From: Lingula anatina
Taxonomy: Eukaryota; Animalia; Brachiopoda
Length of the DNA stretch: 64,000 nt
NCBI GenBank assembly: GCA_051362555.1
Contig: CM120641.1
Span: 21,266,001-21,330,000 of the forward strand
Direction of reading: 5' to 3'
Below the pieces are notes generated by a model that worked only from the letters and a program-made list of their open reading frames with translations, was not told the origin of the DNA and did no database searches. Each line of letters opens with the position of its first letter. Position 1 is the stretch's first letter. A program made the translations under genes and the position numbers. This document shows, piece by piece, positions 27,859 to 40,214 of this stretch.

Positions 27859-29915
27859 TTTTCAGATCAGGGCACTCAGAATTATATTTCCTGATTTATT
27901 TTATGTTGATGCCCTGGTAAAAGCAAATCTTGTCACTTTAGAAAAGTGGTGCACAGAACCATGCAAATTTAAAAAATAAATAAATAATAAAGAACGACAA
28001 GAACAAGCTAAATTACCTCCAGAACATACAGAAAGCTAAGACATAATCTATCTAACTTCAGTGCACCATTATTCAGACCGAACCTTTCCGAAACACTTTT
28101 ATTCCTTTGTATTTATCTAACTTTTAGTGGTCTGTGTTTTATTTCAAATTCAATTTGATCTTAATATAAATCCTATATTTTATGTTAATATTTCGTTCTA
28201 ATTCGTACCTAACGGCACCGTTCGCACACTACTGCAATTTGTAAATCCAACGTCATCTAACATTGTTAAAGTGTTGCAATATCGTCGTATCATCATCTAC
28301 CAATCCACACTATCTGCCTTTGGGTTGTAAAATACTGATAATATGCACACACGGTCTCAACATTATATTTGGACATCAACTAATCGATCTGTCGTTTATT
28401 AAGTGAGGAAATTTTGTCATTCTGGAGCAATAATCACTAACGACTGATATGATAAGAAAAGTCCATGCGATTAAAACATTACTGCTTTGTACAATCTGAT
28501 AAAATACCCTTCCCATTATTATTATTATTGTAATTAAGACAACAAACATGTTGATCTATTTGCTGTTTACAAAAATAGTTTCTGTTATGCTTTAATAATT
28601 TAATTCCCGAATTTCATATCCAGCAGTGTTTGGCACAAGTATCTTTCAATGATTTAAAAAAGGTGATAACTTGGTTGGATTCTGTATTTTGTAGAGAATA
28701 AAGTGCATTTTTTGCCGACAACTTATTGGATCAAGTGCTTTTCGTAACGGGTGGCGTAAGCTTACTGAGGCGAACTCTCACAAGTGCGTACATGATATAT
28801 GCAAACAAACAGATTGCACATTCGTATCATCGCCAACCTGGCTGTTAGACGATTGTAAAATCTGTTTGTTGCTAAGAGCTGGCACACCTTCAGCCATCCC
28901 TCTGCAACTTATTAAATAAAGATCTATTTCTGATGTTTTCTTGTAGACTATACGACTAAAGTGGGTGTGTGCCAATTCATTATAACAAATAAAGGTTATA
29001 GCTACGCGAGGTGAAGCCCTGTTGGTGTAGTTATTTTGGAGCTTGCCATGTGCAGTTTAAATGATCTATTTGGTGTATATTTTCCTTGGGATATTTGTTC
29101 CCTCATTTGGACACGATTTGGGGTCGTCTTCCGATTGAGATGGCATGCAGGGGCATGCGTTTTTACGGGGTTTATACAATGGAAAGAGATAGGCAGGGCC
29201 ATTCAAGCAATATGGTACGCAGATTTTTTTAAGGCAAAGGAGGCGATTTTTAGTATGAAAAAATTGAAAAGCATTATTTTTTTAAAAACTGTTCAAATTG
29301 TGATATATGTGCACATACACACACAGAGGTTAGAGATGGTAGGCCAAATGGATTTTCTTTTGTTTAGAATGGACCAATTGTTTTTCAGCGGAAATTTTTC
29401 TTTAAGATTTTATTTATAACAATGATCTGACAAAATGGAAAAAATAGCCACAAACGGCAGTCAGAAGGTTTCACGAAGCTTTAGTTTACCTTCTTAATTC
29501 GCTATTGGAATTTACAACAAACCTGAATACCAGCGCGCATGTATCGTTATGGAGGAAATCGATGAGATTAGGTCGCGACACCTTTATTGCCGTTTCCCAC
29601 TACGAAGCCCTAATGATTTCTCTTCAATAATAAGGAGCTGCTCGTTTCAGTCGCAGGTTAAACATTAATGCACAGCCACCGCGTCGGACTTCGGTTAACA
29701 TGGCAACGCAGATCACGTGGGTTTAATCCCACATTCTACTGTACTGTAATCTACAACCACCGCGATTTTGCCAGTGTAATACATGTTAGTCGCCACTGAC
29801 ACGTAGAGTGCGGGACGTTTGCAAGCTTCATTATTTGATATCAGTGGTATACGCAATTGTGTTTTCTCGTTTATTTATTTGTCATGAAAGCGCTGATGAC
29901 TTTTAAAGAAGCCCA

Positions 29916-32562
29916 ATGCCTTCGATGACAAGCAGCAAGCCATTTGACATCGACAGTGTGATTAGTCAGTTGGTTGCAGGGAGGGAACATCCAGGAAAAC
30001 AGGTAGGCTTTTGTATGTTACTTTTCACGTTTCCTCATTTCACATGGGAGGTTAAACGAGCACCAAGAGTCAGGGCTTGCTTAGCAGAGCTCTAAGCAAA
30101 GAGAACCGTTCAACTATATGTTCAACACGTACCTGACGTGCGCTCCAATTAAGATCGTCTTCTTGATTTCTGGATATCGTGTAATAGTGCATACAAAAAG
30201 GAATGCTTGCATTTTTACTCATGGCATCCGTGGCATACTAGTTTGGCAATCGAAAAACATGAAAATGTAAAGCGATTCAGTTTTATTCGCAATGAGTGGA
30301 ATAAGGCAACACGTTGTGTTAAATAATCAGCATTCTTCAAAACGTATGCAATATCAGTTTATTATTGGATCTAATAACGCTTCAAGACAAACGGCCATTT
30401 AGGTCAGAGTCTGTAATATTATCGGCAATACAGAATTAAATATGTTACTCAAAGGATGAATGAATAATTGATGAAGCAATTGACATAGGGGAGAAGCGTT
30501 TGTTGAAGGGAGAATATACACGTCAATAATTCCTAGATTCTGTTGAATTTCCACATTATAGGTTTATATGCTTCTGCTACATGTAGCATGTGAAAAGTAT
30601 ATTTGCATTACCCTCAGGTTATTCTGAACCTGATGTTGTAGCTAAATTTGAGAGATTTTATAATGTACATATCCAGGGGACAAACCCTTTCTGTTTACAA
30701 CTAGTTTTCTATATACAACTTAGAGAAGCCATTGAATATTTACTCTTTGGATAAGCAAACATAATTACACCTTAGATAAATATCAACATAAAACATTTAT
30801 TGCCCCATTAAATTTTGAATTATATGTATATAGTTCCCTGCAGTACTTCAACTAACTATAAATTCATAAAAAAGAAAGAAGAGAAAAAAAAGAAAAAAAA
30901 TTGTTACAAACTTCTTCTGGATTTACAATTTAAATAATTTCTTTAAAGTTCATTTGAGTTATGTTTCTGTCTCCTGCATACATCAACTTAATATAAAATT
31001 TGCACAAGACTGTTTTAAAAGTTTTGATCATTTTTGTCCTTTTTTTTTTTTTTGCATGACAAAGGTCCAACTCCCAGAGTCCCACATCCGGCAATTATGT
31101 CAACTTTCCAGGGAGATTTTTATGGAACAGCCCATGCTCTTGGAGCTGTCTGCACCAGTGAATGTAGTAGGAGATATTCATGGCCAGTATGTGGACCTCC
31201 TGAGACATTTTGATGCTTGTGGCTATCCCCCAGATGCAAATTATCTATTTCTAGGAGATTATGTGGATAGGTAATGTTATTTGTGTACATTGTCTGATGT
31301 TGCATTTAGGTGTTTTTTTTTCGTTGCCTAACTTTATGTCACGTCAAAGTGATTGAGTGAGAGAGATGTTATTTGCTTATGTTGGCTGTTTTGTATTAAT
31401 TGGTGTGTGATTGTGTGCAAGATGTGTGTGCATGCAGATGTGTGCGATGACATGCTTGTTATTTGACTGAATGTGTGCAACAATTTCTATAATAAATTTA
31501 GTATGTGGATTGGAAGTATTGTCTGTTATGATGCTGAATTTTGACCTTATGAACATCATCGCACAGTATTCTCTAAGGGTTTCTTGATTCAGCTCATCAG
31601 TATTGTCCTAATAGGCTTTGTTTGTAATCCTGTAAATAGACAACTGATTTAGCAAGGCAGTGTGCCATTTTCTGGTATGAGATGCTGTGGCAATACTCTA
31701 ATGCATACTTATACCCAGTACAACACTGGGAACATATTGATTTATCCACATGTAGAAGAAGCTCAATATTGGTTATTCGAGTTAAAAGATCCATATAGAC
31801 CAGTGCCAACAGATCAGGAGCAGTAGCCCTGTATATGTAATAATCTGAGGGAGGTTTATTAGCATAATATGTTAAAATGAGTTAATTTTGAGCCTTTAGC
31901 ATGATATCTTTATTATATTTACTTGTACTGTACATTTTCTTTATGCACACTGTTTATATTTGAAGTGAGAAATCTGGCAAAGCTACAGTGTGAATTGGTG
32001 ATCTAATCCTTTGAATTAATTGTCACGTATTACAAATCAATAAATTCAATACTGTTGTCTATAAGTCTGTCACATTTAAGATGATGTATGCATGTGAAGT
32101 CATATATGCATATGGACACATGCTCTGTACATGAAGGAAATGCTCAAGATATTACACCATTGATGCATTTGTACTGGCATTTCAATGCATGCCATTTTCT
32201 TTGCCTGTGATGACAGATGTGAGAGAGTTAAACCTTAAATGAAAACACCTATGAGCATTAAGCCTGTAGGCTTGTAAAGCCACACACACAACCACACATA
32301 CACACACACATTAAGGAGATTCTGTTTACGTAAGGGACTATTTTAAATGTTTTACATCAAAACATCTTTTCCGAAGATCTTATAAATTTTTCCTCATTTT
32401 TCTTTTCTTTTTTTTTTGTATCAGGGGTAAATTTTCCTTGGAGTCAATTTGCTTGCTGCTGGCCTACAAGATCAGATACCCCGACAATTTTTTCCTACTC
32501 AGAGGTAATCATGAATGTGCCAGCATCAACAGGTAACCTTTCCATTTTATTGTTACCTACTA

Positions 32563-32598
<36 letters not shown>

Positions 32599-35500
32599 AT
32601 ATGAATGTGAAAATGTTTAAAATTTTTGTTTTTCAGTCCAAAGAAAAAAATCTACTTTTTAGGATAATCATACCTTACATGCAGTTGTTTTAAGGCACAA
32701 ATAAATAAAGGTATTCTGTTGTGAAGCATACTCATGTGCACAAAGATTAACTTTAAATGCCATGGGGAAAACGTACTTCGTTGCCAGCCAAACAAACCCT
32801 TTGACAATACTTAATACTGACAATTCAAAGAGCTTTATGGCAAACTTACATCTCCCTCATGAGGTTAAGATCTGAATTATAGGTTTTATAATGAAATAAA
32901 TCTGTCAGAATGATTTATAAATGGTCTGTGTTGGTCATGTGAAAAAGGTGTTATCATGTTAGATAAAGAGGCCTGGTTGGTTTTATCAATATTTTTGCCA
33001 AGGCATTTGAAATCAAAGGGTTATATTGGAAGCTGCAGGCGTTCTCTTTCTTTATTGTAATCATTTTACTGTGCATCTTAGCCTCTATGAACTGGTTTCA
33101 CAAAATGCTTCAGATTATTTAATTTATCTTAATTTTTCATCAGGTTATCATTGCTTTGGTGTCAATGTTTTGGTTAAAGAAATAGCCAAGCCTGCACAGT
33201 CATGTTTAATTGAAGTATTGTAGCAAAAAGTGAATGACATGTAATAGTAACTAAAACAAATTATTTTTTCACAGAATCTATGGCTTCTATGATGAATGCA
33301 AAAGACGATATAATATTAAGATATGGAAGACCTTCACAGACTGCTTCAACTGTTTACCAGTGGGTAAGGGAGAATCATTTTATTTTCTTCTTTTACATGT
33401 TCCAATCACCCTGGGTCTGCAGGAAACTGTCCACTATAACCAGCAGGTGCTGGTTTCTGGAAAGCCACTGTCATTGCTCTGAAACTCGGGGTGTTTTACT
33501 GTAGAAGTTTCAAATCAATATCTTGGGGAAAAAAAGAAATCTATGAATTTATGTCAGTTGTGATAAGGAAGGGCATTAGTTACCATAGAGAAATTAGAAT
33601 GGACAATTGGTTGAGGGGATAAAAGTCTTGGGACGACTTAATCTCACTCATCAAAAATCAATTTTGGATCCGAGGGTAAGTAGTGAGTGTAGTACTCAGA
33701 ATTTTAAAATAAAGGTTGATTTCCAGAGGAGATGGGTTGGCCCAATGTGAGTATTTCCTATTGCAAACCATCTGGTTGAGATTTCTAACCATATACAGCC
33801 AATTTGATCCTTCTGTTGTCCCACCCAAATGGTGTAAGTTACCTGCCATTAGAGAGGCCTTTTATAATTAGAAATTGCAAATAGACAGCCTGGAAGGATA
33901 CACATATTGAGTAGTACATATTTAAGTTAGGTCATGACAGTTGGGAACAGGCCTTAAGTATCAAGCATCTTATATCACATGCCTTTTATCGTTAGTAACA
34001 AAAACTTGCATATTGAGTTGTTTTTACTCTGGCTTTCTTAAATCAATATGCAGTGTGTAAGCTTGTGCTAACCTTGAGTCACGGAATTAAAGATGTCATG
34101 TTTTACCCTTACTACAGAGGGATTAGCAGTCACTCTCTCCATTTTTTTTAATCATTAACTTAATTTATTTAAAAAAAGATTAGAAAGGGGCTGCATGTGA
34201 CTGCTAAACCTCTTTTTATAATAGTTTGAATGGCAGCATTAAATAGAGTGATAATTGCACATGAAATACTTAAATTAACTGACGTGTATTTATTGGAGCA
34301 TATTTAGAATCCACATTACTGCAGAACTCATGACATGTGAGGAGCTCCTGTGAAGTGTTGAAAAATAAAAGGGAACTAAATAAAGAAATTTAATTTTAAA
34401 AGATTTGAAAAAAAAATATAGATGAATGTATGCTGGCCACATTAGTTATGTTTGCATAAATATTGAAACCTGAATTGTGTATGAGATTATATATTTGGGT
34501 TATCCAGCTTACATTAAAAAAAAGTTTCAGAAAGAAATTTCAGTAAGAAGTTGGGTAACCAGCTTGAATCAAATTGAACTGAGTGGTCTAGTTCCCAAGT
34601 GAAACTTGTGAAAAGTGATAAAATGTAATTTTGTATGCCCTGTGGCATATTCTTAACTCCAGGGGTACTTTTTTTTAGAATGAATGTACCTGTAGCAGTA
34701 CTCTTGGATGCTCAAACTAGTTTAAGATGTGAAACATATTCCACATCAACTGACAGGAAAGATTATTATATAAACTGTACATGGTTCTGCCCTTTTACAA
34801 AAAGCTCAAATGACAGTGTCAGGTTGATTTGGAATAAAAATAAGTACGTAGTCCTTACTGCAATCAAGCAGGTGTTTCCACAGCATTAGTATTTTTCAGT
34901 CATATACACATTTTGACTGAATTTGGAAACCTCAAGCTGTTAATGGGGGGCATGCTGTGTGGCAACTTATGGTTACAACTGTTTCTAACATCATTAAGAG
35001 TAAGTCAGGTTTAGTTTATTGGACCCTGAAATGAACTAGGTCTGAGATTTTGTGGATGAGGTATAAGTTAAATGATTGCACATGCACATCCCTATAGTCA
35101 AAGGAAATGAGCTGAAAGTAGGAAAAATTGAGGTCCATTCACAGGCATTCCTGGAATACTTTAAGATGTTTTTTATCCCGCCTCAGGTGTGCAGTATGTC
35201 TGCTTTTAGAATCTACACCTAGGCGTTCCCTACGCTTAAGTTTGATTTTTTTTACTGTGAAAGTTCATTGCTTCAAAGACTTATTGGTGTGAAGATTCAT
35301 TAGTCTTAATCTTTCGTATGTTTGTTCATTGGCTTGAAAAATCAAAAGTAAATTGTTATTTTAGAAATAACAGCAACAGGAAAACTTTCTGTCCATCAAG
35401 TTGTTAAAGAGAATATCTTCAGAAATGATGTTCACACAAAAGAAGCACAAAAATTAATTTTAATTATGGAATGGTCAGTTTTCTATTTTATCTGTGCAGA

Positions 35501-37978
35501 GAAATTAAACTTACTCAGATGCAGTCTTTGAATTGTAAAAAAAGCACATTCCTGACATATGGTGGTCATAACAAAAATACAATACAAACTTCTTTTCCTA
35601 ATTTCATTTTTTAAAATCACACATTGTATATCTTCCTAGCTGTTTCCCTACATAGTGTTGATTGATAAAATAATGTTTATATTCTGCTCAATTCAGCTGC
35701 TGTAGTGGAAAGTGCCATTCTGTGCATGCATGGCGGTTTGTCTCCTGATCTCAAAAATTTGGAGCAGGTAATTTGTGTTGGTTTTTCTTATTGGTATCAA
35801 TTTTTATTGTATCAGTGCTGTGTGAGATTCTATGCATTAACTTGATTAAGGATATATTTTGGATTGTTGATGGACTGTGAATAAATGAATAAATAACATC
35901 ATAGAATAGAATATTTTAAAAGAATTATTTAATTAAAATTATTCTGGTCAGAATAAAAAATGTTGATGCAACTGACAAAAAAAAAAAAAAAAAAAAAAAA
36001 GAATTTGAAATATTTTCTGAAGTTTTTGTTTAGTGATTGATTTATTAAAGTTTTTTTAAACCAGATTCAGGATCTTGCACGCCCCATAGATGTACCCGAT
36101 CATGGGCTTGTCTGTGATTTACTGTGGTCAGACCCAGACGAGGTATTTATTTATTTATTTATTATATGAAAAGTCAGTGCATAGTTTGCTCTTAAATATG
36201 TGCAGTAAGTTACCTGTTACTGATCACTAAAGAAACGGTGCTATTGTCAATAAATTTCATTATTTATTATCAAGTGTAATTCCCCGTCTCCAGAACAACG
36301 TAAAGCTGACTCGAAAATTTGAAACTAAAAAATGGTTTTATATATAGATTATGTATTTCTCAACAGTTTTCCAGGAAATGGTGTACCATGGTGAACAAGG
36401 GAAAACTGTTGAAATTTCTTGAAAAATGATTTTTTTTCTGTATGAAGGTTTAACACTCATTGAGTACCTTTAAATATTTCCCATTAAAGGACATCACAGG
36501 CTGGGGAGAAAATGACAGAGGGGTGTCCTATACATTTGGTGGAGATGTAGTGAGAGGGTTCATTAAGAAACATGATATAAGTCTCATATGCAGAGCACAT
36601 CAGGTAAGACTGCTGAACAGGAAGCATGAAGCAGTCTGAATTATTTATTTTGATTTCTGCTTGTCTCTATGTAGTAAAGTTTGATAATGAATAATGCATT
36701 GATTTTTTATATGTTGTCCATCAGTAAGACATTTAATTGAAAGAAACATTTTTTTAGTCTTTTATGAATTGAAAAAGGCAATAATTGTGTAGTGGCTTAG
36801 CCAAATTGGTCACTTCTTGGTGTTTGCAACTGGTCGTAATCTATTTATCCATATTAACTTTCAGGTAGTTGAAGATGGATATCAATTCTTTCAAAAACGA
36901 AAGGTTAGTACCAGGAGTTCATAAATTTACATATTTTGAATGTGTATTTTGAAACAGGTTTTTAAAATATTTGAACAAATCAATATATTTTGATGCTTAT
37001 CAGTACCAGTACTATCAATGCATTGATATAAATCTACACTCTTTACATTTACATAAAATATTGTCAGTGTGTGTGTGTGTGTGTGTTTGTGTGTAAATAC
37101 AATATAAGCAAGGTACACTTTTTTCAGTTGGTGACTTTATTTAGTGCTCCAAACTACTGTGGTGAATTTGATAATGCAGCAGCAGTGATGATAGTAACAG
37201 AGGATCTCACATGCTCATTCAGAATTTTGCCAGTAAGTAAACATATACATTAATGATATCAGTGTCACACCTTTGTCAAATATGCTTTTAGGTGAATATT
37301 ACATACAGGTATACATGTAATATCCGTACTGGGGTAAGTCACCCTGCTGGGTTTAAGAGAGCACTGGACACTTGCCTCTATGCTCTCCGCAAGCTATTTA
37401 CATGGTAATGTGTCAAAAAATTCAACCAAGGTTAATTAATTAATTTCAAAGAAATGTAGACTGCCAGTGTTTCTAAAACTTGGGTTGCTCCAAGTGCACA
37501 GCGCTCTAACATTGATACAGTGCATGTATCATGTGATATAAATGCCAACCTGCATGGTTACATTTCAGATACATGTATTAGTGATTTAATAATTGTACAT
37601 TATATATGTACGCCTTCTAGTACGCTTTGTCAAACTTTGTGTGTGTTGGCTGAGTAGGTCTACGTTAATTGTATAGAATTGAAATCATGAAGGAGCTGCC
37701 GACATCAAAATTATTTAAATGATTAGATCTGCTGTTTTATCTGTATTGTTAAGTTGAAAATGCCTGTAAAATGCAACAGAAATTCATACTTATACATTTA
37801 TACAATACATTAGTACTGTAACAATAATAATTAAGTTTGCAACCTTATGTTTAAGTGTCACTATATCATTAATAATATGTTCTTTTTTTTCCAGCCTGAA
37901 AGTACACGAAAATTTATAGGAAGTGACAAGAAAAACAAGAAGGATGGGAAGGTGCTCAGAAAACAAAAATCTAGCTGA
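29916..37978 (+). CDS. Serine/threonine protein phosphatase PP1 catalytic-subunit-like (divergent paralog), 10 coding exons, 326 aa
   Basis: Exons 29916-30002, 31065-31270, 32425-32532, 33275-33363, 35697-35767, 36065-36142, 36490-36603, 36865-36903, 37128-37232 and 37895-37978 are all GT-AG and phase-compatible (981 nt). PPP motifs GDIHG, GDYVDRG, RGNHE, HGG, WSDP, RAHQ and the PP1-type SAPNYC are present. Confidence 0.92.
32566..32596. repeat. (AC)n microsatellite in PP1-like intron 3
   Basis: Direct read. Confidence 0.9.
34116..34213. repeat. Short inverted repeat or MITE relic in PP1-like intron 4
   Basis: AGAGGGATTAGCAGTCAC mirrors GTGACTGCTAAACCTCT around an AT-rich spacer. Confidence 0.5.
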
Positions 37979-40214
37979 TTATAATTATTTGTGCAAGGAT
38001 ATTCTTCCTCTTATTATACTTATTAAAGTATTATCTAAGCGCTGTGCTGACATAAGAGAGATGAATACATAAAAGAAGCTGCTATAATGAAGAAAGTATG
38101 TGCAGAACTCTTGCGGAAGCATTATCACATGAGATGCCATTTTCTTTTGACCTTTTGGAGCTCTGTAACAGTACAATTTTTCTGATAAAATGGACAGGCT
38201 TAGCAGTTTTGTGGTATGTAAAGCAATGATTTGCTGTACTTTTAATAGAATTTAACTGCAGTTTTCTGTTTGAATAAAATTTAGCAAAGAAATTTTTTTG
38301 TGTAAAAATCAATTAACTTTGTGATTAATTGTGTCATGTAAAATGTGTATAGAGAGGTGTATGAAAACATGAAAATATGAAAGTGGACTTAAAGGTTCTA
38401 AATGGATAAAATGCCACAAAATTTCAGTGTTGGTGACCAGAAATATACACCTGACCTAGAAAACTGATTTGTACTGAGTGTTATGGAAAAAGTTGGAAGT
38501 GAACTTTTGTCTTCAAGGGAAGAACAATTATAATCCTTTGGTTTAGCAAGCCAATTATTTTTCATGTATGGTTACTAAATATATAATGTTTATTTTATAT
38601 TTATCAGGTATCATTTAGTTGCACGTTCTTGGATCTTGTAATGACAGGTGCCTTTGAGCAAAATACTCTGGTTACAATGTTTGGCAATTTGGTATAAATT
38701 GAGAAAGCTACATCATTTTGGGAGATACTTTACGGGCACAATATTAAAATACAAACTGTGGTGCAAACTCGTGTAAATTATTAAAATTTAAGGAGTTAGA
38801 TGTAATCTTTATTACAACAGTGATACTATTAGGATTGAACTATTGTGATGCTTATACAATATGATTCAGGGCAGGAGGGCTAATGGAACTGTAATTCCTT
38901 ATATGCTGCACCAGAATGTGTAGAAAATGAAATAAATCCATTTTCAATCTTCCAAGGTGTCTGATACAAATTCCTATATGCTATTTTATGAGAAGAAATC
39001 ACAAATGAAAACAAAATGAATTCAAACTTTTGACCACAATAACTTAAACCAAGCTTTTTTTTTTTTTTTTACTGGGACAATTTATTGAAATTTTATATTG
39101 AAGCATAACTATGTCACTCACCTATTAAATATAGATTGCATGGAACACTGTTCTCATTATTTATTACAAACACACCAATTTGAGTACACATATATCAGTA
39201 CTCAGTTACAAAAAAATCCTGAAAATTTATCATTGTGAAAGCGCAATCGCTACCAAGCATATACCAGTATGGTAACCAAACCAAATTTATATGTGATCAC
39301 ACTTCACTAATTCAAAATACAAGCATATCCATTTCCATGCACTTGATATGTAGCTCACACATGTGCACTTGCCCATGGTCTTTATTTATAGATATAGCTA
39401 CTTAACAACTTACAAATAGATCTCAAGTTCATTTTGATCCTTTAACAATAAGAAAAAACAATGCGAGTATATTGTTAAATATTATATAAAAATTTTACTT
39501 AACTACAGTGCTGGTGGCTCCCATCACGTACATTTAGTAAAAGTAATAGTAAAAAAATACTTATCACTGTACTCTCTTTATCTATGATGTACAAACAAAA
39601 AGAATACTCTGTTTGGCAAAGAAAAGTGACTTTTTTTACCCAACACTGATTTAAAAATGGTTTTTCACAGTTCAAATATGTAACAATTAAAGTAATATAT
39701 ATATCAAGTAATAAATGTTAAAACAAAAATTCTACAGTTACATAATACTGAAATTGAATGACAAGCATTCAAATTTATTGGTCACAATTATTTAGCAATT
39801 AAGTACTTGATGTATACACCATCAAAGCATAGGATATAAATTAGTCCTTCCCTGTATAAAAAAAAACATGAAAATACTTATCGAGTGAATGGCAATTATT
39901 TGGCACAAACACGCAATTTTAATGAGGCACAACAATCAACTTTAGTATGCTCTTATATATGCAGTTATATATATAATTCATGCAATTTACTCTGCCCATG
40001 ATATCTGCTTCTCAGAGAAGTTTTTGGTTACACCTTCTGTGTGTGTGTAAAGACAAAAATAAATCTAAACCAGTTATCTTAAATAACCAGACAATAAGAT
40101 TAATGGTCAAGTTTGGTGCTCACATCTAATCTGATTTGGTGTCTGAATGCACCTTATCGACTATGCCTGATCAAATTCCTTTCTAAGATATAAAATATGC
40201 TGGCATGTCATTTT

